Shown: piece after piece, positions 1 to 7,991 of the stretch
Layout of the letters: each line of letters begins with the position of its first letter
Position numbering within the stretch: position 1 is the stretch's first letter
Virus record (IMG/VR): IMGVR_UViG_3300025881_000006
Span: 79,324-143,323 of that record
Origin: a virus
Reading direction: 5' to 3' (one strand)
DNA: 64,000 bases
The notes under the pieces: generated by a model
Told to the model about the DNA's origin: nothing
Database searches by the model: none
The model's input: only the letters and a program-made list of their open reading frames with translations
Made by a program: the position numbers and the translations under genes

Positions 1-27
1 AAGCACGTGAGTTATTGGTGAGGTAAT

Positions 28-522
28 ATGGAAGACGAGATTAGTGTTATAGTGTCAATGGAAGACCCGGCAGCATTAATAAGGAAAGTCTTACGTCAGA
101 ATATCGGAGTGGTAGCAGAGATGATAGACATTGCTCCCATCATTGAGTTTGAATTAGAACTTGTATTGATGGGAAGTCAGGTGAGACCTTACATTGATAA
201 GGATATCACTGAAATGTACCTATCTCCTCACTGCCCCCAGACGGCTATACTGACTGAACTTAAAGTAATCATAGCGCATTGTGTACATAATGCCGTACAG
301 GGCTCTATAGGGCTTCCTAAGGGTAACCACGAATACTCTTACGGGAAATTAAACTCTGAATTGGACTATGTGGTCACAGACCATGGAGATTACCGCCTAC
401 AAGACTACTTTAGGTTATTACGTGAAAAGAATGAAGAGGGGTTAGAACATGGCGATGAATTTAAAATCCCAACTGATCTTGCTAGACATAAACGATTGTT
501 TAACCGACCGGGCTGCTATTGA
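28..522 (+). CDS. hypothetical protein, first member of tandem small-gene array
   Basis: 164-aa ORF with upstream GAGGT SD; N-terminal hydrophobic strand ISVIVS like its neighbours. Confidence 0.7.
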   Translation: MEDEISVIVSMEDPAALIRKVLRQNIGVVAEMIDIAPIIEFELELVLMGSQVRPYIDKDITEMYLSPHCPQTAILTELKVIIAHCVHNAVQGSIGLPKGNHEYSYGKLNSELDYVVTDHGDYRLQDYFRLLREKNEEGLEHGDEFKIPTDLARHKRLFNRPGCY

Positions 523-934
523 AGATAAGTTACCACTTTATAACCTAGACATACGAGATGGAGTGGCCATAGCTATTTATGGTCTCTCCGAATCCATGCA
601 TGACCTAGGTAGTTTAGATGCTAACCTATTTAAATTATTACAGAATGAATCAGGGTATGTAGGTATGGACTATACTCTGGAAGACACGTACGACGTGACA
701 TTACACATTTTGTCAATAATAAATGATGTACTTCCTATAGTCAATACCCTTAAATTGCATCACCCCATTAAACACCTGACAGTGAACGAATGGCTTGGGG
801 ATGTAGTCATTATTAGTATTGAAACGGAGATAGAGTACAATGCCATTTGTAGCACATTCACCCACGATGGATCTGTATCACCAACCAGCCAACAATCAGT
901 GTTTAACTTTCCCAATTATTATTCCCATGCATGA
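449..934 (+). CDS. hypothetical protein, tandem array member
   Basis: GAGGGG SD inside the upstream ORF; QLILLD strand at N-terminus and VVIISIE strand near C-terminus. Confidence 0.7.
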   Translation: MAMNLKSQLILLDINDCLTDRAAIEDKLPLYNLDIRDGVAIAIYGLSESMHDLGSLDANLFKLLQNESGYVGMDYTLEDTYDVTLHILSIINDVLPIVNTLKLHHPIKHLTVNEWLGDVVIISIETEIEYNAICSTFTHDGSVSPTSQQSVFNFPNYYSHA

Positions 935-1313
935 TATCTATCCACGATTAGACCCTGCTTACATCCAAGAAATGTTCATGTTTAATACGTCATTACCAGA
1001 CTTAATGCACTGCGCAGCCACATGTGCTGTACGTTTCATTAGAAAGGTAGGAGATGTCATTCCGCCTAATGATGAGGTAGAAGATGAGATATATAGTCAG
1101 TTAAACCAAGACTATCTAGACAGTGATATTAATCCAAATAACTACAGTGCCTATCAGTCAATAGTGTACCTAACGTTAGATATGACACTTGGACTGATAT
1201 CTAGGTTGTCTACAGTGATATCACATTACCCATCGCTAACACTTTATGATATCAAGTACATGTCCAACTATGACATTACTTATATCGCACACACTCGGGA
1301 GCAAGTATGGTAG
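840..1313 (+). CDS. hypothetical protein, tandem array member
   Basis: GGAGA SD at 826-830; FPIIIP strand, helical acidic core, C-terminal hairpin. Confidence 0.7.
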   Translation: MPFVAHSPTMDLYHQPANNQCLTFPIIIPMHDIYPRLDPAYIQEMFMFNTSLPDLMHCAATCAVRFIRKVGDVIPPNDEVEDEIYSQLNQDYLDSDINPNNYSAYQSIVYLTLDMTLGLISRLSTVISHYPSLTLYDIKYMSNYDITYIAHTREQVW

Positions 1314-1708
1314 GTAACGGCACGGTACTTTTAGAGTATAGTGGTAGTTATTTTACTAGGCCGAAATGGTCACATGAGGTCCTATCTGAATTAGGGCTTA
1401 CATGTGACATTTTATTTGATTATGCCGTCTATGGTGCACAGTGTGCTATGGATTCGGTACAATACTTAGAGCCAAGTAGACTATTACCAGTACTATCGGA
1501 TATAATGTACAACGATTTAGACGATCAGGTAGGCAGACTTTCTCAACAAAATTTAATGCGGTTAGATGAATTGGTAATACTGGCAACTGTAATGGCCAAT
1601 GAATTACTACCAGCGTTAAGACAGATTCAATATAATGCAGGTAGGGATGTTTCTTTTGACTATGTAGAATTTAACCACGATACCATAATACTACACATGG
1701 AGTACTAA
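1307..1708 (+). CDS. hypothetical protein, tandem array member
   Basis: Overlapping start; ends FDYVEFNHDTIILHMEY hairpin. Confidence 0.75.
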   Translation: MVGNGTVLLEYSGSYFTRPKWSHEVLSELGLTCDILFDYAVYGAQCAMDSVQYLEPSRLLPVLSDIMYNDLDDQVGRLSQQNLMRLDELVILATVMANELLPALRQIQYNAGRDVSFDYVEFNHDTIILHMEY

Positions 1709-1709
1709 T

Positions 1710-2096
1710 TTGATAACATCTAAAAAGAAGATGATAATTGATGCTCCTGAGGCATTGTCATCCGTCCCACCGTGGGAGCAAGAAGCCTTGTCCGAAGTAG
1801 GGTTACAACGAGATGTTGTAATGAATTATGTACTGTGGGCTATACAACAATACCACCATCACGATATCGAATTCGTTGAGACCATGTATATGTGTCTTGA
1901 AGATGACATAGAGACTAGTGGTGAGACATTAACCGATGTAAACGCGGTACGTTTAGACCAGTTAATAGAACATTACATTAAAGTAGCGACTGAGTTGTAT
2001 ACACAGATAAAGTTGCTGTTAGACGAACAAGACGAGGATTCCTATATGTCAATACAAATGATAAATCCTTACCACTTGATAGTGGGGATAGAATGA
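1710..2096 (+). CDS. hypothetical protein, tandem array member
   Basis: TTG start after GGAG; KMIIDAP strand; core resembles the 1307 ORF (EVLSELGL vs EALSEVGL, RLDELV vs RLDQLI). Confidence 0.75.
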   Translation: MITSKKKMIIDAPEALSSVPPWEQEALSEVGLQRDVVMNYVLWAIQQYHHHDIEFVETMYMCLEDDIETSGETLTDVNAVRLDQLIEHYIKVATELYTQIKLLLDEQDEDSYMSIQMINPYHLIVGIE

Positions 2097-2470
2097 AAAT
2101 AATAATAGACAGGTCTGAATTAGTAGACGAACGTCAAGAAACACTACCCGCCCATTTAGAGTTAGGTATACCAACGGAAGAAGTAATAGAGTGTGCAGCT
2201 GCTATTGTTAATGAGGAAAGAGCACTAGGGTCTAAGTTATCCACTAGTGACCGTCACCATGCGGTACAGGGCTTCCTAGGACATTATGGGATAGCCACAG
2301 GTAAGTCTGAAGTGGTTGCTAAGCAGGTAGCGGCATTAGAAAGTACTATCATGGAAACCGTTGAGGTGTTAGATAATATACTGACACGTACTAATCAGTT
2401 AATTGAATTGTATAGCTTTATAGAGGTGAAGCATTTAAATGATAATGCTATATCAGTAGAGGTAGTGTAA
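2093..2470 (+). CDS. hypothetical protein, tandem array member
   Basis: ATGA overlap; MKIIIDRS start; ends IEVKHLNDNAISVEVV. Confidence 0.75.
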   Translation: MKIIIDRSELVDERQETLPAHLELGIPTEEVIECAAAIVNEERALGSKLSTSDRHHAVQGFLGHYGIATGKSEVVAKQVAALESTIMETVEVLDNILTRTNQLIELYSFIEVKHLNDNAISVEVV

Positions 2471-2883
2471 TGAATCAATTATCAACAAAGCAAGTCATTA
2501 TTGACCCTACTACTATAGAGGCAATGTACGACGTCCTAAAGATGGAATGGTTACAACGCTGGAAACACATCATTGTAGAAGTACCCTTTAAAACGTTCAT
2601 TGATTTCTTACTTAGATACATGAACCTGTATAGAACCGGTGATGATGCTTCGTTTATAGCAGATATGTTTTGTAGAAGGATGGACTTACCTCCAATCTCA
2701 GATGAAGCATTTCTTACACTTAACAATGTGTGTAAAGAGTTACAACAGTTAAGTAGGTTAGTCAACCCCCATTTAGATGGCATGAGGTTGGTATCCATTA
2801 ATAAACACGTACTAGTAATAGAGATACAGGCCCATGTCACAATTAGTAATACTACAAACCCAAGACCTGCTAATCGAATTTAA
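2470..2883 (+). CDS. hypothetical protein, tandem array member
   Basis: TAATG overlap; KQVIIDP strand; RLVSINKHVLVIEIQ hairpin. Confidence 0.75.
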   Translation: MNQLSTKQVIIDPTTIEAMYDVLKMEWLQRWKHIIVEVPFKTFIDFLLRYMNLYRTGDDASFIADMFCRRMDLPPISDEAFLTLNNVCKELQQLSRLVNPHLDGMRLVSINKHVLVIEIQAHVTISNTTNPRPANRI

Positions 2884-3181
2884 TCAAACTATCTATGGAT
2901 TGAGTGATTTATCTATCGAGGATAAAGATATAATTTCAGTAGCTCTTATGTGTACTACCTACAGTCCAAACGATGTAGATGATTACAGAGATGTATTAAT
3001 AGGTAAGTATATATCCACGCTAGCATTAAACGTCAGTGAGAGTGAAACCTTACACGGCGCTATATTGAAGTTAGTACTAGAATTTCAACTACGATTACAA
3101 CGCAGTGGTCATGAAACAGTAGGTAAGACCATAGAGCTTGACCGTGTAATTGAAGATGACATATTTGTCAAAATAGGCTGA
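2834..3181 (+). CDS. hypothetical protein, tandem array member
   Basis: MSQLVILQ start; ends LDRVIEDDIFVKIG. Confidence 0.7.
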   Translation: MSQLVILQTQDLLIEFNQTIYGLSDLSIEDKDIISVALMCTTYSPNDVDDYRDVLIGKYISTLALNVSESETLHGAILKLVLEFQLRLQRSGHETVGKTIELDRVIEDDIFVKIG

Positions 3182-3187
3182 TGTATT

Positions 3188-3562
3188 ATGTTTAAGTTAA
3201 TAGTAGTAGAAGTAGAAGAACTCAATCCAATATTCAGAGCACTAGGAGCTACCATATTCCCCGACTCTGAAGTATATCAAGTTGATGTAGTGAATATGTT
3301 AAACCGTGCCTTAACTCATATTACCGAACATGGTAAAATAGAGAGTAGGGCACTTAGTGACAAATCCTATGTATTATTAGACCTAGCACCTATAGTCGAT
3401 GATTGGCTTGAAGTACTAGGCACTTTCCTAACACAGCACAATCTCGGATGGGACTGCTGTACATCAATTGAAGCTTTAGACTCTAAGGGTTCAGTGGCAC
3501 TACTTTTTGGAGATTACAGTTATGGAGATTTTCACCGGTGTACGAATCTTCGACACGGTTAA
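3188..3562 (+). CDS. hypothetical protein, tandem array member
   Basis: MFKLIVVEV start; IEALDSKGSVALLFG hairpin. Confidence 0.7.
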   Translation: MFKLIVVEVEELNPIFRALGATIFPDSEVYQVDVVNMLNRALTHITEHGKIESRALSDKSYVLLDLAPIVDDWLEVLGTFLTQHNLGWDCCTSIEALDSKGSVALLFGDYSYGDFHRCTNLRHG

Positions 3563-3929
3563 CTTTAGCTTACACGCCAATACGACAATAGGCACAACGT
3601 TCAAGCGTGTTAAGATTAAAGGTATAGTCGATTTCGATACAGCCCGTACGCTAATAGACCCTATAGCACTACATGAGAATATCATCCCTAACCTGCCAGA
3701 CGGTACGTTAGATGACCCACGTCAATACTCTTATCTTAAAGTAGAGTTATTAAATGGTGATACTACGTTTGTAGGTGTTCCTTGGATAGTAGCGGCAAGT
3801 GTGGTCAAGGTTACTTCTGGTAAACTGACTATTGTGATAGGTGATATTGATGTTACTAAGGTGGATGATGTACTGACTGCATTATCTGCTAATAACTTCA
3901 AAGTGACGTCCTCGGACTTCAGTGGATAG
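3522..3929 (+). CDS. conserved phiKZ-like hypothetical protein (gp49-like position), beta-rich
   Basis: ATG at 3522 follows GGAG (3509-3512); lies immediately upstream of the polymerase gene as in phiKZ relatives. Confidence 0.65.
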   Translation: MEIFTGVRIFDTVNFSLHANTTIGTTFKRVKIKGIVDFDTARTLIDPIALHENIIPNLPDGTLDDPRQYSYLKVELLNGDTTFVGVPWIVAASVVKVTSGKLTIVIGDIDVTKVDDVLTALSANNFKVTSSDFSG

Positions 3930-3954
3930 TAAAAAAATAGTGTATAACCAATAC

Positions 3955-3958
3955 TATG
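3955..3958 (+). promoter_or_regulatory. candidate late (nvRNAP) promoter TATG
   Basis: TATGTACTGTAA resembles TATGTAACTGTAA at 14264 and ACTATGTA at 51083; phiKZ late promoters use TATG overlapping the start site. Confidence 0.4.
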
Positions 3959-4090
3959 TACTGTAACAGTAGTTCCGCCAATTCTGCCGTTACGTAAAAC
4001 GACCTGTCGCCAGCGGGAAGTTGGGTCTTCGTGACCTCTATATTTGTCGAACGGACTCTCCCGACCATAAGGTCGGGAGTTGTCTTTCTT
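3958..4090 (+). ncRNA. candidate structured small RNA of about 130 nt
   Basis: GC-richer than flanks; no RBS-led ORF; several hairpins and a long-range CCGTT/AACGG pair; bounded by TATG and a 9-bp terminator hairpin. Confidence 0.35.
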
Positions 4091-4134
4091 ATGCCCTTTT
4101 TTCTTTGATTTGGCTACTTTTCTTTTTATGCCGT
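4058..4134 (+). terminator. hairpin terminator followed by TATGCCCT and TATGCCGT
   Basis: CTCCCGACC-ATAA-GGTCGGGAG stem, T-rich tail, motif copies at 4090 and 4127. Confidence 0.7.
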
Positions 4135-4176
4135 CACCTCAGTTATGACAATATAGTAACAACAAGAGGATTGGCA

Positions 4177-6303
4177 ATGCAACATTTTATCAACGATACC
4201 CATGCATACGGACGTGATTTAAATATAGTAAGTAACTATCATCACGATACCGCTACGTATATAGCTAAGATGACAGGTCAGGATATGGATTACTGTTTAT
4301 CTTGGGTTAAACAACAGACTAGTCCTGGCGGTACTATGGCTGGACATGACCCTGAGCTATTATGTTTATCTAAAGAGACCCCTGGGAACCGTACACGCAT
4401 CCCTATGACGTTCTTACAGTACTTACATGAAGTAGAAGAACGTAAAGCTTTAACTTCACCCACAATGGCTGCCTATTTAAACCCTAACGAGCGTAAGTCT
4501 ATACTGGCTAAGTATATTGATGGTAACATCAAACTACGTTCTAAGGTTAAGAAGCAGATGTTCCAAGACAAAATGGATGGCAATAAGCAAGCTGCTGCTG
4601 ATGGACAGAAGATTCAATCCACCTTTAAGATAAAGAACAACTCACTATCAGGTGCCCACGCCTCTCCATATACGCCGTTGTTTAACAAATCTACTCACTC
4701 AACTCTGACATCTACTTGTCGTAGTGCTACTGGTTATGCTAATGCTAACAATGAACGGTTCTTATTTGGTAATCGACATTACTACGCTTTGAATGTAACA
4801 CTTGAAAATATCATCTCAATTGTTAATCAAGCAGACTATGCATTAATAGAACGGGCTATGGTAGAATATGAGTTAGTAGTACCAAGTATTACAGATGTTT
4901 GTGCAGCTATTAAACGCTCTACTGATTTATATTGGGCTAACTCTGTATGGACAGCGCAGATAGAAGCATTAGTGTCTAAGTTAACCGACATAGAACGTGC
5001 AGCCTATCTCTACACTGCCGATATGTATCACCTACGAGTATTAAACCCAGACATGGTGTATAACTTCCTAGATAAGTTGTCTACTAAGTTAGATACACCA
5101 CATCCAGACCCAGACCCTATTATTAAAGCATTAGATGCTGACTTGATAGCGTATATTGGTATCCTGTGCTCTAAAGAGTTAAATGGTAATACTATCTGGG
5201 ATGCCAAGGATAAGAATCCTGAGAACTATGCAATCATTGCTAATAATGCAGCGAACGTAATAGGTGTGTTAGATAGCTACCGTTTACTGATACGTGCCTT
5301 TTGGGTAACGAACTCACCACCTAGTGCTATTGCATTCTTTACAGATTCAATTCGCCGTGGGGTATTAGTGTCTGATACAGATTCTACTATCTTTACGGTG
5401 CAGGATTGGACTACGTGGTTCTTAAAGGGTATTAAGTTTGGTGAGAAGAATGATGCCCTGTGTGCAGCTATTGTCTATATGGCTTCACAGACAACCATTC
5501 ATTTACTTGCACAACTATCTGGTGCGATGGGTGTTATACCTGAACATATGTCTTTACTATCAATGAAGAATGAGTTTATGTTCCCGACTCTATTGTTAAC
5601 CTCACGTGCTAAGCATTATGCGTCGTATATCTCAGCCCAAGAAGGGAACGTATTTCCTAAGATGGATACTGAGATTAAAGGGGTGGCTTTAAAATCATCT
5701 AAAGCACCACAGCACGTTATTGATAAGTTACACAAGTTCATCATGGAACCTATGGATTTAGTATTAGCCAGTAAGAAGGTATCTGTTAAGAAGATGTTAA
5801 CAGAAGTAGCTGAACTAGAACGTGAGATTGAAAACTCTATCTCAACTGGTAAGGTTGATTACTTGACTACGTCTAATATTAAAGAACGTGAGTCTTACGC
5901 TAATCCTAAGAGTTCTAACTTTATCTACTACGACATGTGGGAAATGGTATTTGCACCGAAGTACGGCCCTGCCCCATTACCACCTTATCGTGCTGTAAAG
6001 GTATCTATGCGTTCAACTAGCGGTACTACACTTCGTAAGTGGATTGATAGTATCGAAGATAAAGAAATGGCAGAACGTTTAAAGACTTGGGTATCTGAAA
6101 ACAATCGCTTAGGTGGTATGCAGCAAATTCTAGTACCTATAGAAGTAGCTGTTACGTCTGGGATACCTAAAGAAATAACGATGAATGCGGATACTCGTAA
6201 GGTAGTGTATTCAACCGTAGAGCCATTCTATTTGATACTTGAATCGTTTGGCGTGTATATGCGTGATAAAAATATCACTAAGTTAGTTAGCGACTTTCAT
6301 TAG
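4177..6303 (+). CDS. B-family DNA polymerase, catalytic half (phiKZ gp50-like)
   Basis: Motif B KIKNNSLSG, motif C VSDTDS, KGV motif; ATG 4177 after GAGGA; no exonuclease or motif A in this ORF. Confidence 0.88.
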   Translation: MQHFINDTHAYGRDLNIVSNYHHDTATYIAKMTGQDMDYCLSWVKQQTSPGGTMAGHDPELLCLSKETPGNRTRIPMTFLQYLHEVEERKALTSPTMAAYLNPNERKSILAKYIDGNIKLRSKVKKQMFQDKMDGNKQAAADGQKIQSTFKIKNNSLSGAHASPYTPLFNKSTHSTLTSTCRSATGYANANNERFLFGNRHYYALNVTLENIISIVNQADYALIERAMVEYELVVPSITDVCAAIKRSTDLYWANSVWTAQIEALVSKLTDIERAAYLYTADMYHLRVLNPDMVYNFLDKLSTKLDTPHPDPDPIIKALDADLIAYIGILCSKELNGNTIWDAKDKNPENYAIIANNAANVIGVLDSYRLLIRAFWVTNSPPSAIAFFTDSIRRGVLVSDTDSTIFTVQDWTTWFLKGIKFGEKNDALCAAIVYMASQTTIHLLAQLSGAMGVIPEHMSLLSMKNEFMFPTLLLTSRAKHYASYISAQEGNVFPKMDTEIKGVALKSSKAPQHVIDKLHKFIMEPMDLVLASKKVSVKKMLTEVAELEREIENSISTGKVDYLTTSNIKERESYANPKSSNFIYYDMWEMVFAPKYGPAPLPPYRAVKVSMRSTSGTTLRKWIDSIEDKEMAERLKTWVSENNRLGGMQQILVPIEVAVTSGIPKEITMNADTRKVVYSTVEPFYLILESFGVYMRDKNITKLVSDFH

Positions 6304-6310
6304 GAGTATT

Positions 6311-6640
6311 ATGGCACAAAGTGCATTAATGGAGTTACCACCTTGGTATAGTCATCCAACTTTCAAGAATGGTAACTCCAAACTAATCAAAGGCATGATA
6401 GTAACGCCTATTGAGCCCATCCTTACAGAGTCCCCTAACGAATATGACCCACAAGTCTACGCTTACCCCGGTGAGCGTTTAAAGGTGGTACGTAATAACA
6501 AGATAGGGGATTACCCAATTGAGGTACAGCACAGTCATATGCGTGACCAAACCTTCTTTGTTAAGGCTGAGGAAATAACTATCTCTAGAGGAGTAAAAGA
6601 CATCTTTTACCCCATTGACGGCATAAGAAAAAAGCAGTAG
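6311..6640 (+). CDS. hypothetical protein, possibly SH3-like
   Basis: AGGAG SD; 109 aa with short beta strands. Confidence 0.7.
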   Translation: MAQSALMELPPWYSHPTFKNGNSKLIKGMIVTPIEPILTESPNEYDPQVYAYPGERLKVVRNNKIGDYPIEVQHSHMRDQTFFVKAEEITISRGVKDIFYPIDGIRKKQ

Positions 6641-6664
6641 GGTTATCCTACTGCTTTATGCCGT
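6618..6664. terminator. bidirectional terminator flanked by TATGCCGT on both strands
   Basis: AAAGCAGTAGG-GTTAT-CCTACTGCTTT between convergent genes; ACGGCATA at 6618 and TATGCCGT at 6657. Confidence 0.85.
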
Positions 6665-7755
6665 TATTCAATTATTAAAGATAGTTCTTCTAACATAGTG
6701 TCAAGATGTAATTGTAACATTGCATCTGGTGCGTTCTTAGTTAGCTTATCTGTTTTGATACGTCTTAACTGTCGTTTTAATTGCTTAGCCCAACGTCTAT
6801 CTTCACCTTGTTGATTAATAAGGTAGAAGTGAGATAAGAATAATACATACGGTAACCACATCGCAAGGATGGCCCAATAAATCTGTCTGGTTTCAGTAAG
6901 ACTAGTAAAGGGTAGGATATCGCGTAATGTATTATCTATTGTCAAAGGGATATTATCCAACACGTCCTCAGTAGATGCAGCTGAGTCGTAGAGGTACTCC
7001 ATGACATCAGGTACTTCTTTATCAAAAGACCCGGTATGTTTAGCCAGTGCTAATGGAGTGCGTTCTATAACCTTAGAGGGAGTAATGTCGTTATTGATAT
7101 CCCGATAGCGATTAAACATGGCTATCTCTAACTGCCTATCAATCATATTCCCCAACACATAACGGTATATGAACTGTTGTGTAGTCTGACGTCTGTCGAT
7201 AGGTTTACTGTTCTGCAAGTTAGCCCAATGGGTATATTGAATAGTCAGTAAGGGAATATCAATCATTATCACTGCATAGCCAAACGCATCTGTTTGTTCT
7301 ACACCGTAAGGTACGTTGAAATTTAAATCGCTGCTAGGATGATATAGGATACGTACTGCACTTATACTATCCCAGTTAAGCAATTCGTCCTGTGCGTTGA
7401 ACTCTGGACGATTAAGTGTACCTGCAATAACAATCTCCTTAACGTCTCCGCCGTAGAAATTACCAGAGGTAAGCTCACCGGATTGAATGTCTGTGGAGAT
7501 ACGTAAACCTCGTGCTATCTCTTCCGCTACATCTTCTACTAAGTCATAATGACGAAGTGCAGTGGTTGCAGGGGCAGGTGGTATACTCTCTAGTAGTTTT
7601 ACCAAGAGGTGATTACTGCGCAAACGCTTAGTTGATGTACGGACATATTCTGACATCTTAAGTAAGTTAGCATTCAAACCCTTCTGGGCTTGAAATAGTC
7701 CGGGGAATACCCGAGTGTTTCTATTAGCCTTTAAAGGTGAGAAGAACGATTGCAT
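6664..7755 (-). CDS. conserved phiKZ-like protein (gp52-like position, probable virion protein)
   Basis: Likely start MQSFFSPLK at 7755; minus-strand gene divergent from chimallin as in relatives. Confidence 0.6.
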   Translation of the reverse strand: MQSFFSPLKANRNTRVFPGLFQAQKGLNANLLKMSEYVRTSTKRLRSNHLLVKLLESIPPAPATTALRHYDLVEDVAEEIARGLRISTDIQSGELTSGNFYGGDVKEIVIAGTLNRPEFNAQDELLNWDSISAVRILYHPSSDLNFNVPYGVEQTDAFGYAVIMIDIPLLTIQYTHWANLQNSKPIDRRQTTQQFIYRYVLGNMIDRQLEIAMFNRYRDINNDITPSKVIERTPLALAKHTGSFDKEVPDVMEYLYDSAASTEDVLDNIPLTIDNTLRDILPFTSLTETRQIYWAILAMWLPYVLFLSHFYLINQQGEDRRWAKQLKRQLRRIKTDKLTKNAPDAMLQLHLDTMLEELSLIIE

Positions 7756-7907
7756 ATAGGTGCCCTTAGTCTTAACAGATGTGGTGTGTAAAAAAAGAAT
7801 GCTCATGATACATAGTATAGAGGATGCCTGTGTATCCACACGGTGAGCGAGAGCTCATCATGCACAGTCCCCTATGGTGTCGTTTGTGTTATTGAAACTG
7901 TTTTGAC

Positions 7908-7918
7908 ACCTACATCAT
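7908..7918 (+). promoter_or_regulatory. probable early (virion RNAP) promoter ACCTACATCAT
   Basis: 11-mer repeated upstream of chimallin and nvRNAP genes; resembles phiKZ early TATATTAC. Confidence 0.7.
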
Positions 7919-7991
7919 CACCGTGGTATAACTACGTAGTTATTCCATTAACTAGTTAATGTTCGACAAATATAAAAAAGGTATTATTATT

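Noticed and set aside
1421-1428. TATGCCGT inside a coding region
   Set aside because: No adjacent hairpin or gene end; consistent with the 1-2 chance hits expected.
4021-4176. N-terminal extension of the polymerase ORF from TTG 4021
   Set aside because: It runs through a terminator hairpin; ATG 4177 has a GAGGA SD and is the plausible start.
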